From an uncultured delta proteobacterium (lineage in GTDB: Bacteria > Desulfobacterota > Binatia > Binatales > Binataceae), in contig CAVRVY010000002.1 of the NCBI GenBank assembly GCA_963724765.1, positions 416,001 through 480,000 of the forward strand: a stretch of 64,000 nt of DNA, read 5' to 3'. Below are positions 1-9,920 of this stretch, one piece after another. Under the pieces are notes generated by a model. It made no database searches. It was not told where the DNA came from and saw nothing but the letters and a program-made list of their open reading frames with translations. The stretch's first letter is position 1; every line of letters begins with the position of its first letter. Both the position numbers and the translations under genes were made by a program.

Positions 1-981
1 CCGTAGCTGCAGCAGAAAGGTTCCAGGAAAAACCCATGACGACACCGGTGGCCAGGGCAAGCTCGAAAAGGAATCACCGAGCCGCAAAGCCAGGGGATGG
101 GCCGCTGGATTGGTAACGATTGCCGCGGTGGTGTAGCCGCGTCGCCGCAGTATCCAGGCGATGTTGTCTTCGCGCAGGCGGTGAGGAACATGCCCATAGA
201 GCTGGAACACCCGATTCGTCAGCGGGTACTGGCCGGTCAACAGCGACGCGACGGCCGGCGTGGTGAAATCCGAGGTCGAGACGAAATTGACGAAATTGTA
301 GCTGCGATGGGCGAGCCGCTCAAATTGCGGAGTGGTCGGGAGTCTGTAGCCGTATAGTGACATGTCCTGCGCCGTCAGCGCATCGAAGCTGATCAGCACG
401 ACGTTAGGCTTCGCCGATGGGTCTGGGGCAAAGCGCTGCGCCTGCGGCATCGGATCAAAGCTGCGCCAGCCAAAGCCCCCGGTAAGTAAGGGAATCAGCA
501 GGAGCGGACAAACCGCCAGTACTATTTGCGCCGATTGGTTGAGCCGGTTGAACAGCGCGAAAGCACGCTGCCAACCGAAGAATGTAGGCAGGGCGATAGC
601 CGCGAGGACGAGCGCCGCCTGCAGGCCGGCGCTCGCGACCCGGCCGATGATCACATTGAGAGGAAACAGCAACGCAAGGCCGCACAAGGTGGCGCTTGCG
701 AGGGCAAGGAAGCCCGCACAATTGATATCGGCCCGATCATTCTCTGGTTTGCGCCACAGCTTGAGCGCATCACCCGCCGAAAGGATGAGCGCGAGAAATG
801 CTGCGCACAAGACTTCGAGCAAAAGAACCGCCGAAATCTCCAGCGCCAGTTCCGCGACCGCACCCCTAACCGAGAGAAGATAGGACCACGGACGCAACTG
901 CTGGATCGCGAGAACCGGCGCGAAAAAAAGGACCGTTGGTACTGCGAGGCCGCGAAACAGCAACCACCACCGCCCGCCCAT
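1..981 (-). CDS. Membrane-anchored sulfatase/alkaline-phosphatase-superfamily protein (runs off left edge)
   Basis: Not in ORF track. Hand translation from ATG 981: MGGRWWLLFRG..., several TM helices, then PNVVLISFDAL..DMSLYGY..PTTP and SDFTTPAVASLLTG.YP..RGYTTAA, the alkaline-phosphatase/sulfatase core motifs. Confidence 0.8.
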   Translation of the reverse strand, partial: MGGRWWLLFRGLAVPTVLFFAPVLAIQQLRPWSYLLSVRGAVAELALEISAVLLLEVLCAAFLALILSAGDALKLWRKPENDRADINCAGFLALASATLCGLALLFPLNVIIGRVASAGLQAALVLAAIALPTFFGWQRAFALFNRLNQSAQIVLAVCPLLLIPLLTGGFGWRSFDPMPQAQRFAPDPSAKPNVVLISFDALTAQDMSLYGYRLPTTPQFERLAHRSYNFVNFVSTSDFTTPAVASLLTGQYPLTNRVFQLYGHVPHRLREDNIAWILRRRGYTTAAIVTNPAAHPLALRLGDSFSSLPWPPVSSWVFPGTFLLQLR

Positions 982-987
982 GATGGT

Positions 988-1296
988 TTATTTTCCGGCC
1001 TCATGCGAAGCGCCGCGCGAATCGATTTTTTTCCATCGGTCACGAATGGATTTGGCGAATCTTCTTATTTCCTTACGGCAGTAGAAGACAAACGAAAGGA
1101 GAATCGCTGAGAGCGGGGCTAGAATTTGCGACAGGAATCCCCCTGCGTTGGGGTCAATGTAAGCCCAGCACTTGCCTCGCCAAAACAGCACAAGCGACAA
1201 CACGAGCGACAACACGAGTAACGACCTGAGTGACGACCTGAGGATGATCGCGTTTGCGCCGGTTACAGTCGCGGACGAGCGGCGCGCGTAGGGCAC
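988..1296 (-). CDS. Small membrane protein with AYIDPxxG motif
   Basis: Signal-like hydrophobic stretch, then WAYIDPNAGGFLSQILAPL, a TM helix and a basic tail. Stop lies just before the sulfatase start. Start codon uncertain (GTG 1296 chosen). Confidence 0.55.
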   Translation of the reverse strand: MPYARRSSATVTGANAIILRSSLRSLLVLSLVLSLVLFWRGKCWAYIDPNAGGFLSQILAPLSAILLSFVFYCRKEIRRFAKSIRDRWKKIDSRGASHEAGK

Positions 1297-1790
1297 GCCA
1301 CTCCCGCAGCGATAAGCGGGAGCTCCATCTCTTTGATGTTTTCGCGCCAACTTGCGCGGATATCCGCAGCGATTAACGGTACTTCCCTGCTCCACAGGCG
1401 TCATGGTTGCGGTTCTCCACCTAAGCGGCGACTGGTCCGAGACTGCAATGCTACTGCTCTTTCCGTCCACCTTGCTAGTGGACGCATCCTATCGCGCACA
1501 AGGTTCGTGGCTTCCTTGGCCCGGGATTTCCGTTTGAGTTCGAAAAAGATGACTCACCGCCGGGTGTTGGATCGATATGGGCGCGGGCGCATGCTATTCA
1601 ATTGCGCCGACACGCGGACCATTCATGGGCCTGCACAAAGGTTCGCAACCGTTAAGCGGGAAACGGCGCAAGAAAACGACGGGGGAAGTAGCGGATGACG
1701 TGGTGAGGATGTTGAGGGGTGCGATGACAGCGGCGAGAATGCGGCGGGAATGCGGGATTGACGCGCGGGTGACCACAGCGGTGACCATCA

Positions 1791-3110
1791 ATGGATGACG
1801 CGCAGGCGCGTCGCGAGGCGGCGGCGCCGGCCTCCGGCGGGGACGCGCCGGTTTCCGGCGGCGCGGCAAGTTTTCCGCGACCGCCGCGCGCGTATCTGTG
1901 GCAGTTGCTCGGGCTGCTAATCCCGGCGACGATTTTCGAAGGCTACGACATCACGATTTTCCATCTCTGCACGCCCGACATCGCCGCGACCTTTCACCTT
2001 GGCAACGAGGCGATCGGTTTGATCGCCTCGATCGTGCGCCTGGGCACGGTGATGTCATTCCTGGTGATCTCCTGTTCCGACCGCGTTGGGCGCAAGCCGG
2101 TCATCTCGGTGACAGTGTTGGGCTACGGCCTCTTCACCCTGTTTACGGGACTCTCGCGCGGGTTGGTCAGTTTCACGCTCTTCCAGAGCTGCTCGCAGGT
2201 GTTTCTGGCCAGCGAGTTCGGGATGGCGATCATCATTATCAGTGAGGAGTTTCCCGACGAGTTGCGCGGCCGGGCGATCGCGGGCTTTCACATGGCGGCG
2301 TTCGTTGGCGTCGCGGTGGCGGGCTCATTGTATGGCTACGTGGCCGAGTCGGCGTGGGGATGGCGCGGGATGTATCTGCTGGGGATCGCGCCGCTTCTGC
2401 TGGTGGCGTTTCTGCGGCAGTACGTGCGCGAGACCGCGCGCTTTCTCGCGCATCGCGCCTCGCTGACCGTGCATCACAACTGGCGCGAGAGCGTCCGCAC
2501 GCATATCAAGCTGTTTCGCGGACCCTACCGCGGACGCCTGCTGCTGGTTGCGCTGCTGGCCAACAGCGTCGGCTTCGTCGGCGGCCCGACGATTACCTAC
2601 TTCAGCCTCTTCGCCAAGCGTGACCATCACTGGACCTCGGCGCAGGTCGGCTCGGCGGTTATCGTGGCCTACCTGATGGCGACGGTGGGAACGATTCTGT
2701 GCGGATACCTGCTCGACCTGGTCGGGCGTCGGGTGACGACCAGCCTGTTCTACCTTGGCGCCGGAATTTCGATGGTGGTGCTGTTCCAGTCTTCGCGGCA
2801 CCACGCGATCCTGTTGGGGTTCATGGCGACGATGTTCGCCTACCAGGGCGCGCGCACCGCGACCTCGGCCTTGTCGGCGGAACTGTTTCCCACCGAGATT
2901 CGGGCGGCCGGCTACAGCAGCACTATCCAGACCCTGGGGCAGTTGGCCTGGTTCATCAGCCCGGTGCTGGTCGGGACGATGTCGCTGGTCGTAGGCGGAT
3001 TGGGCAACGCGGCGTCGTTGTGCGCGATAGGGCCGCTGCTCGGCGCGCTGTTGATCCTGCTTTACGCGCCGGAAACGCGCGGCAAAACGCTCGAGGAGAT
3101 GGCGCTCTAG
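1791..3110 (+). CDS. MFS transporter (sugar/aromatic acid-type)
   Basis: ~12 TM segments; SDRVGRKP motif A, EEFPDELRG, ELFPTEIRA, PETRGKTLEE. Confidence 0.9.
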   Translation: MDDAQARREAAAPASGGDAPVSGGAASFPRPPRAYLWQLLGLLIPATIFEGYDITIFHLCTPDIAATFHLGNEAIGLIASIVRLGTVMSFLVISCSDRVGRKPVISVTVLGYGLFTLFTGLSRGLVSFTLFQSCSQVFLASEFGMAIIIISEEFPDELRGRAIAGFHMAAFVGVAVAGSLYGYVAESAWGWRGMYLLGIAPLLLVAFLRQYVRETARFLAHRASLTVHHNWRESVRTHIKLFRGPYRGRLLLVALLANSVGFVGGPTITYFSLFAKRDHHWTSAQVGSAVIVAYLMATVGTILCGYLLDLVGRRVTTSLFYLGAGISMVVLFQSSRHHAILLGFMATMFAYQGARTATSALSAELFPTEIRAAGYSSTIQTLGQLAWFISPVLVGTMSLVVGGLGNAASLCAIGPLLGALLILLYAPETRGKTLEEMAL

Positions 3111-3240
3111 TTTGGACCCACACTCGTGCCTGGGGTAGGGTGGAGTTGCCGAGAGACAATTTCTGGTCAGACTAACGGGGTTTCGCTAAGATTTCGTTCG
3201 AGTCTCCATCTTTTGGCGTTAGAGCGGAGTCAAAATAGAA

Positions 3241-3765
3241 ATGTCAGACCATACCGTTGACCAAAAGTTTATTCCGCTGGACCGCGACATATTTTTTCGC
3301 TCGTTGATTCGTGAACTTGCAGGGGCCTTGGAAGGAATCGTCGGCCTCAAAGAAGCGAGCGGTCTCGTGAGCATCGTCGGACAACGTATCGGTGACGAGA
3401 TCAACCACAATTATCGATCCGCCCTGGGCACCGACAGACTCGATCGCTCTCAAGTGGCGAACATTCTGGTCGATCTGAAGCGCCGTATCGGTGACGATTT
3501 TTTTATCATGGAGGAAAACGAGGATCGAATTGTTCTCGGCAATCGCCGTTGTCCGTTTGGAGAAAAGGTTCTCGGCCGCCCTTCGATGTGCATGATGACT
3601 TCCAATGTCTTCGGGTCGATCACGGCTGACAATCTGGGATTCGCCAAGGTCGAGTTACGCGAAACTATTGCGGCCGGCAAGGGCGGCTGCGATGTTGTGG
3701 TTGTACATCTCAAGTCGGTACCCGAAACCGACGCGATTGAGGGCCGGGAGTACGTCAGGGCTTGA
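3241..3765 (+). CDS. Methanogen output domain 1 (MetOD1, V4R-like) protein
   Basis: [38 protein letters not shown] conserved Cys pattern. Confidence 0.8.
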   Translation: MSDHTVDQKFIPLDRDIFFRSLIRELAGALEGIVGLKEASGLVSIVGQRIGDEINHNYRSALGTDRLDRSQVANILVDLKRRIGDDFFIMEENEDRIVLGNRRCPFGEKVLGRPSMCMMTSNVFGSITADNLGFAKVELRETIAAGKGGCDVVVVHLKSVPETDAIEGREYVRA

Positions 3766-3774
3766 ACTTCGGCC

Positions 3775-4913
3775 GTGCAGTTTGAGACTGACATTCCTCC
3801 AGCGGAAAAGGACCGAGTGCTTTACTTCGACGCGGTACGCGGGCTATCCGATCCCATCTTTCTGCTAACCTCGGATCGCGTGCTGGTCGAAGCCAACCCG
3901 GCGGGCTTGAGGCTCGTTGGATTGACGACGGTCAGCGGCGTGCCCCTGTCTTCCCTGGTTGAGAATTCCGACGCGGACTTGCGATTCCGCACCTGGGCTC
4001 AGAGCCGGTCGCCGGTTCCGGGCAGACTAATCTGGAAAACGGTTAATGGTCCCGAATCTCTGCGGCTGGAAGCCTGGTGCGCTAAGCCCGCGAGCGATCA
4101 TCGGCCCGCACTGGTGATCGTCCAGTGCAAGCCATTCGATAATATTGACTATCGGCTACTGCTGCTCAATGAGCGCCTGGAATTGCTGAGCAAAGAGATG
4201 CTGGCGCGAAAGCGGGCAGAGGCTCAGTTGATCGAAGCCTTGAAAGCGCGCGACGAATTTATCGCAGTCGCCGCTCATGAACTCAGAAATCCGCTCAACG
4301 TGTTTCACTTAAGCTTGCAACTCCTGCACTACCGTGCCGGTGAAATCGAGGGCGTTCGCGACATCCTCAACCGATCGCGCTTCCAGCTCAATCACTTGAA
4401 CATGCTGATCGAGCGTTTGCTCGACGTATCGCGGATCCGATCGGGCAGGTTTGAGTTGCAGCTTGATAGATTCATATCAAGGATTTGGTGGACGAAGTGG
4501 TCTCCCGATTTCTCGAGCAATATCCCGACGTGCCGATTTCCGTTGAGACCAGTCCCGATGCCGCCATCGGAAACTGGGATCGCGTCAGGATCGATCAGGC
4601 GGTCACTAACCTCCTGTCGAATGCGATAAAATATGGCGAGAGGAAGCCCGTCAAGGTCACCGTCGCGATGGTTCGCGACGACGCGACCGTCAGCATAACT
4701 GACCAGGGGATTGGCCTGGCGCCGGGCGACATCGAGCGAATTTTCAAACAGTTTGAGCGTGCGACCCCGCGGGTAAGTAGCGAAGGATTTGGACTCGGAC
4801 TTTGGATTACGCAGCAGATTGCCGAAGCTCACGGTGGCTCCGTTTCTGCTGAGGGCGAACTGGACAAGGGCTCGACTTTCACCCTGCGCCTGCCACTCCA
4901 TCGGCTCCGATGA
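3775..4913 (+). pseudogene. PAS sensor histidine kinase, frameshifted near 4473
   Basis: H-box AAHELRNPL in ORF 3775-4629. N/G1/F/G2 boxes (NLLSNAIKY, DQGIG, FER, GFGLGL) in ORF 4485-4913. Adding one G (ttc[g]atatcaag) joins them as RFDIKDLVDEVV. Confidence 0.8.
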
Positions 4914-4938
4914 TCACAGCAGGGAGCGACGAAGAACA

Positions 4939-5301
4939 ATGCTCGATAACGACACGGTACTGGTGGTCGAGGACGAAGACGAGGCGCGCAGGTTTCTGGT
5001 CGAGATCCTCAATTTCGAGGGCTTCAAGGCGGTTGGATTTTCCAATGGCGCCGAGGCGCTGAATTACCTGTACACCGCGGCGGCCCCCTGCCTCATCGTG
5101 CTCGATATTCTGATGCCGGTGATGGACGGCAGACAGTTCCGCGCCGCAATGCTGCAACAGCCGCACCTCGCAAAAATCCCGGTCGTCGTCGTCACCGCGC
5201 TCGACGCGTCCACCGCGGAACGCGACCTTAATGCGGTGCGGATACTGCGCAAACCCCTCGACATCAACGCGTTCCTCGCCGTCGTGCGAGCCCATTGTTG
5301 A
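4939..5301 (+). CDS. Single-domain response regulator (CheY-like)
   Basis: VLVVEDE, LIVLDILMPVMDG, VVVVTA, KP. Confidence 0.9.
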   Translation: MLDNDTVLVVEDEDEARRFLVEILNFEGFKAVGFSNGAEALNYLYTAAAPCLIVLDILMPVMDGRQFRAAMLQQPHLAKIPVVVVTALDASTAERDLNAVRILRKPLDINAFLAVVRAHC

Positions 5302-5392
5302 TCCGACGGGTATGTGGTTTTCAGACGTTTTTCCTATTTTGCCATTATGGTAACATGGATTGCGTGGGCGGCGTCCAGAGGAGACTGGGTTC

Positions 5393-6005
5393 GTGAAATC
5401 GTCAATGGTTTTCAACAAAGCGCGCTACTCGTGCGGACATCGTCACCGCCCATAGCACCGGCGAAATCGGACATTTCGTACACTTCTACGAAGACGATCG
5501 CTTCGCGCTCGAGAATATCGGTCGCCTTGCGAACAAGCGCCTGGCGGCGGGAGATTTGGGAATCTTCGTAGCAACCAGGCCGCACCTCGATATTATTGAA
5601 CGAGAGCTTCTGGGAGCCGGTCTCGACCTGAACGCACTGCGTACGCAAGGTCGCTACGTAACGCATGACGCTGACGCGACCCTAGCGCGCTTCATGCAAG
5701 ACGGATGGCCGAATCAGGAGAGATTTCTCGATGTGGTCGGCGGGATTATCAGGGATGTAATTGATCGAACCCCCCACCGCTCAGTCTTGATCTTCGGTGA
5801 GATGGTTGCGCAGCTCTGTGCGGAGAACAATTCGCCGGCGGCGATTAGTCTCGAGCGCCTGTGGAACATTCTAGCGAGACAAATTGAATTCGCGCTGTGG
5901 TGCGCATATCCGCTCAGCAGTTTTCAGAACGATGCGGCGGCGAGCGCGTGGGTTCAGATCTGCGCGGAGCACTCGCTGGTAGTGCCTGCCGAAAGTCCCC
6001 TATAG
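5393..6005 (+). pseudogene. MEDS-domain sensory protein, apparent 5' frameshift
   Basis: GHFVHFYEDD lies upstream of, and in frame with, ORF 5556-6005 (FGEMV..L, LERLWN, CAYP). The RBS-preceded GTG 5393/ATG 5405 is in another frame and stops after ~20 codons. Confidence 0.65.
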
Positions 6006-6213
6006 GACCGCACATTCCCGCGCCATTGGCTCCGGTCCGGCGCCTATCCTGATATACGATCCACGCCTAAGCGATCTACGCTCTTCAAAAGCGCGCTCGA
6101 GGAGATAGTGCTCTAGCAGATTGCGCAGTTGACCCTCGCCTCGCGCGGGGTGTAAACCGCAGTTGGCCGCGCACGCATTCAAACAACGCTCAATCGAAAG
6201 GCGGTTTTATACA

Positions 6214-7254
6214 ATGAAAGCTGCGGTTCTTCACGACTACGATGAGGCTCTGAAGCGATCCGACTTCGTTCGTTACGAGGAAGTGCCGGAGCCGAAAATC
6301 GAAAAGCCCACCGACGTGATCGTGCGCATCGGCGGCGCCGGCGTGTGCCGCACCGACCTTCATGTGATCGAGGGGCTGTGGCGCAGCATGATTCCGGTCA
6401 ACCTGCCTTACATCATGGGGCACGAGAACGCGGGCTGGATCGAGGAGGCCGGTAGCGCGGTCGAAGTCGTCAAGCGCGGCGACCCGGTTATCTGCCATCC
6501 GCTGGCTAGCAGCGGCGAAACGCTGGCCGCGCGCCGCGGCAACGACATGCACGGCGGCGGAACGTTTCCGGGGCTGGACTCCAATGGCGGCTATGCGGAA
6601 TTGCTCAAGACCAGCGTGCGCGCGCTGATCAAGCTGCCGCAGACGCTCGCACCCAAGGACGTAGCACCCCACGCCGACGCCGGTATCACCGCGTACCACG
6701 CGGCCAAAAAAGCCTCGCGCCACCTGCTGCCCGGCGAATGGGCGGTGGTGATCGGCGCGGGCGGCCTGGGCCATATTGGCATCCAGACCCTGCGTGCGTT
6801 GTGCGCGGCGTCGATCATCGCGGTCGACCGCTCAGACCTCGCGCTAGGGCTCGCGCGCGAATGCGGCGCCGATCACACCGTCAAGGCCGACGGCAACGAG
6901 GTCGAAGCGGTGCAGCGGCTCACCGGCGGCACTGGCGCGCAGGCGGTAATCGACTTCGTGGGCGAGGGCAACGCGGTCGCCAACGGACTCAAAATGACCG
7001 CCAATGCCGGCTACTACTACGTCGTGGGTTATGGCGGCAAAATCGAAATACCCACGATGGAGATGGTCGCCACCGAAAAAACCATCGTGGGCAACCTGGT
7101 CGGCACCTATCCCGACCTCGTCGAACTGATGGCGCTCGCCGATCGCGGGAAGGTGAAGCTCGCGACCCAGGAATACCGGCTGAGCGAGGCGAATAACGCC
7201 CTGCACGATCTTGTGGCGGGCAAGGTCAAGGGCCGCGCGGTGCTGATTCCGTAA
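6214..7254 (+). CDS. Zn-dependent NAD(P) alcohol dehydrogenase (MDR family)
   Basis: GVCRTDLH, GHE, GAGGLG, GRAVLIP. Confidence 0.9.
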   Translation: MKAAVLHDYDEALKRSDFVRYEEVPEPKIEKPTDVIVRIGGAGVCRTDLHVIEGLWRSMIPVNLPYIMGHENAGWIEEAGSAVEVVKRGDPVICHPLASSGETLAARRGNDMHGGGTFPGLDSNGGYAELLKTSVRALIKLPQTLAPKDVAPHADAGITAYHAAKKASRHLLPGEWAVVIGAGGLGHIGIQTLRALCAASIIAVDRSDLALGLARECGADHTVKADGNEVEAVQRLTGGTGAQAVIDFVGEGNAVANGLKMTANAGYYYVVGYGGKIEIPTMEMVATEKTIVGNLVGTYPDLVELMALADRGKVKLATQEYRLSEANNALHDLVAGKVKGRAVLIP

Positions 7255-7321
7255 CGGGCCGAGATGATTCCCTTCCCCCAAAAACCGAGGAGGGAGGTGA
7301 GAGTCAGGAGCGCTCGATTTA

Positions 7322-7891
7322 TCAGTAGCTGCGCTCGACCTGGAAGCGCCCCTGCTCGATATAACCGCCGCCCTGCATGCAGAAGTACGTGCCGGTCAAT
7401 TTGTTCTGCTTGTCCTGCGAGGGCCTGCCGTTGAACAGACAGCTCGATCCGTCGGGCATCATCACGCGCATGCCCACGTTGCCCTCGCGCACTTTGCCGT
7501 CGGCGATTGTGCCGCTGCTGTTGGAATCGCGGCAGACCATCGTGCCGGTCGCGCAGGTGTAGTGGCCGGTCAGCGCGGAGCCCTGTTGAAACATCTGGAG
7601 CGTGATCTTGACGATCGCGTTGCAGCGCCCAGGGTCGGGCTGCAACGGCATGCAACCGCTGATCGACGTTCCTGCCCATAGCCCGGTGTAACCCTGCTGC
7701 TCGTGGGCGGCGGTGGCGTCGGCGGCCGGCGCGGCTTGCGCCGCGGGCTCGGCGCGGGAGGGAGCGTATTGAGGCGGCTCGCCGGCGGCGCATCCGCAAA
7801 GCATCGCGAGCGCGGCCAGCGCCGGCCACCACAGAATTCCGCCCGAACCTTTGCCCCGGGGGCGGGCGGAAGTTTTATCCGTGGGGGGCAA
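7322..7891 (-). CDS. Cys-rich lipoprotein, unknown function
   Basis: Hydrophobic signal with lipobox LCGC, Pro/Ala linker, then a beta-rich domain with 6 Cys. Confidence 0.6.
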   Translation of the reverse strand: MPPTDKTSARPRGKGSGGILWWPALAALAMLCGCAAGEPPQYAPSRAEPAAQAAPAADATAAHEQQGYTGLWAGTSISGCMPLQPDPGRCNAIVKITLQMFQQGSALTGHYTCATGTMVCRDSNSSGTIADGKVREGNVGMRVMMPDGSSCLFNGRPSQDKQNKLTGTYFCMQGGGYIEQGRFQVERSY

Positions 7892-8006
7892 GCGATGGAT
7901 TGCGCGCCGACGGCTGCGGCCTCGTGCGCGCGTTGAATCCTAGCTATCGCGCGCGCCGCCGAATCGCAACCGGCGATTCGCCGGTCGCGTTCGCAGCGAG
8001 GCGGCC

Positions 8007-8618
8007 TCAGCTCCAGATACCGAGCAGTTCCAGCGTGCGAGCGGTGCCGCGCAACAACGGCATCAGGACCAGATGCGCGAGGCGCCCGAACGGCAGCCAG
8101 ATCATCAGGAACTCGACGCTCAGCAGATGGGCCGTCAGCAGGGCGGCGTAAGGGCGCGTGAGCGCGGTGCCGCCCAGGTGCGGGAAGGCGAGCATCCCGG
8201 TCGCCAGTGGCGTCAGCACCACCAGCCAACTGAAGTACTCGTCCGCCCGCGCGCGCCAGGTGGAGCGCGCCTCGTCGGGCGGGCGATGCAGCAGCACCGC
8301 GATCATCGCGACCACCGTGACCGATCCCGCAAACCAGACCAGTCCGATCGGCAGGCCGGGCCAGCTTATGCCCGTGAGGTCGCTGACCAGCAGGATGTGC
8401 GGGGCGAAGCCGAAGAGCACGATCAGCAGGCCCAGGTGCATCACGTAGCTCTCGATCTGCCAATGCCCACGCCCCAGCCAGAACTGCTTGCGCGCCCAGT
8501 AGAGGTCGCGCTCGGGCGGGCTGAAGATGAAGGCGCCCAGCCGCCAGCACAGTCCAAAGACCATGATCGCAAGCGCCCAGTGCAGGGCGGGTCCGCGTGC
8601 GAAGGCGATCCAGTCCAT
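8007..8618 (-). CDS. NarI/HmcE-like membrane b-type cytochrome
   Basis: MDWIAFARGP start, 5 TM, His pairs MHLG..PHI and AHLL..PFGRLAH. Confidence 0.75.
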   Translation of the reverse strand: MDWIAFARGPALHWALAIMVFGLCWRLGAFIFSPPERDLYWARKQFWLGRGHWQIESYVMHLGLLIVLFGFAPHILLVSDLTGISWPGLPIGLVWFAGSVTVVAMIAVLLHRPPDEARSTWRARADEYFSWLVVLTPLATGMLAFPHLGGTALTRPYAALLTAHLLSVEFLMIWLPFGRLAHLVLMPLLRGTARTLELLGIWS

Positions 8619-8631
8619 CGTAATCCGTCGC

Positions 8632-9309
8632 TCAGCCTTTACGCCGCCGCCGCAGTCTAAGCCGCCGCCATCCGCCGAACACCGCCCCCGCGAGCAGACC
8701 CACCAGCGCGGCATCGCCCCAGGTGCGCCCGCGATTCCAGGCTTCCCCGCCGGCGGCGGGCGCGAGCTGGAAGGTGGGACTCATCCGAACCATCACGACG
8801 TGGCAGTCAAAGCAGGCCATCCGGCGCAGGGGATGAGTTATACCACCGTGCCAGAAGGCCTCGTCATGGCATTGGAGACAGGCCCGGTTGTTGCGCTCAA
8901 TCGACTGTCCGCGATCGATTCGGAACTCCGCCATCCCTCCGACGCCTAGGCCGCCGCCCGATTCGGCGTGATCGCTGGCCGGCCCATGGCATCCCTCGCA
9001 ACCCTTGCGCTCGAGGTCGTTTTGCGGCTTGACCAGGAATAGCCGGCCCATCTTGGTGCGGGCGAATTCGAGCGACAACTCCTGGTGGCAGGCGTAGCAG
9101 TACACGGTGCCGACGTAGTGGGGTGGCCGCCGCCTGGCGCCGGAGCTTTCAGTTGTCACGCCGCCCGGGTTGGCTTGCGCCACGGTGCTGTCCGGCGCGG
9201 CCAAGGTCTCGCCGAGCGGCACAAGCGCGAATGCCAACAGCGACAGCGCCAAGGCGCCGATGATAAAGCTTGCCGGTGTCGCGCGGACGGCTATTCGATT
9301 TTTATTCAT
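8632..9309 (-). CDS. Periplasmic tetraheme cytochrome c with C-terminal membrane anchor
   Basis: Signal peptide; CYACH, CEGCH(GP), CLQCH, CFDCH; C-terminal TM followed by Arg-rich tail. Confidence 0.8.
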   Translation of the reverse strand: MNKNRIAVRATPASFIIGALALSLLAFALVPLGETLAAPDSTVAQANPGGVTTESSGARRRPPHYVGTVYCYACHQELSLEFARTKMGRLFLVKPQNDLERKGCEGCHGPASDHAESGGGLGVGGMAEFRIDRGQSIERNNRACLQCHDEAFWHGGITHPLRRMACFDCHVVMVRMSPTFQLAPAAGGEAWNRGRTWGDAALVGLLAGAVFGGWRRLRLRRRRKG

Positions 9310-9818
9310 CGGCCGAGCCGTATCGCGCTCCACGCGCGCGATCGGGTGACAGCCGGTTCTGACCTCTTTGCCGCCGTTCGTCAACGGTTTGCCCAACCCA
9401 TCGATGCAGTCAGGAGCTTCTTGCCCGGTTCCAGCGTTCATTGTCCGGTAGGCATTGATGGGGCCGGTGCTTGGCGACAGCGTCTAGATCAGTTATGCGT
9501 TGGGACCGGTTAAATGGTTTTCTTTGAGGGTCCGAACTGAGCAAAGTCGGCTTGAATAATTTTGAGCAAATTTTCGCTTCGGCAAATGTTTGCATTGTTA
9601 AGCGACCGTGCGGTAGGTTTGCGCCGAGGAATCAGGATATTAGCCGCGGGAGCGCCGCGAATTAATTTTTTGAAGTTTGATTTCGCGCGACGAGGTGCTG
9701 CAAGAAGCCGTGTGCGATCGGCTTGGACAAGCTGCCTTTGTGTCGGGCAAGCGCCCGGCGGCCTAGCATTCTGATCGGCCTTTGGGAGGCTGGAACTGAG
9801 AATTTGGCAAGCTTTAGT

Positions 9819-9834
9819 TGGCATCTGCATTGCT
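9819..9834 (+). promoter_or_regulatory. sigma54 (-24/-12) promoter
   Basis: TGGCATCTGCATTGCT with exact GG-N10-GC spacing, ~85 bp upstream of the DUF1329 start, in an AT-rich intergenic region. Confidence 0.7.
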
Positions 9835-9920
9835 TCGGGCTGAGCGAATTGAACAAGAGATTAAGGTCTTCGTTAAATTCCCGTGACGAGAGACCTCTAT
9901 ACGGGGAAGGGGTTATAGCC

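Noticed and set aside
1190-1243. Short tandem 12-bp repeats (GAGCGACAACAC; GACCTGAG)
   Set aside because: Only 2-3 units, encoding LSLV/RSL repeats in a signal region; no spacers, so not CRISPR.
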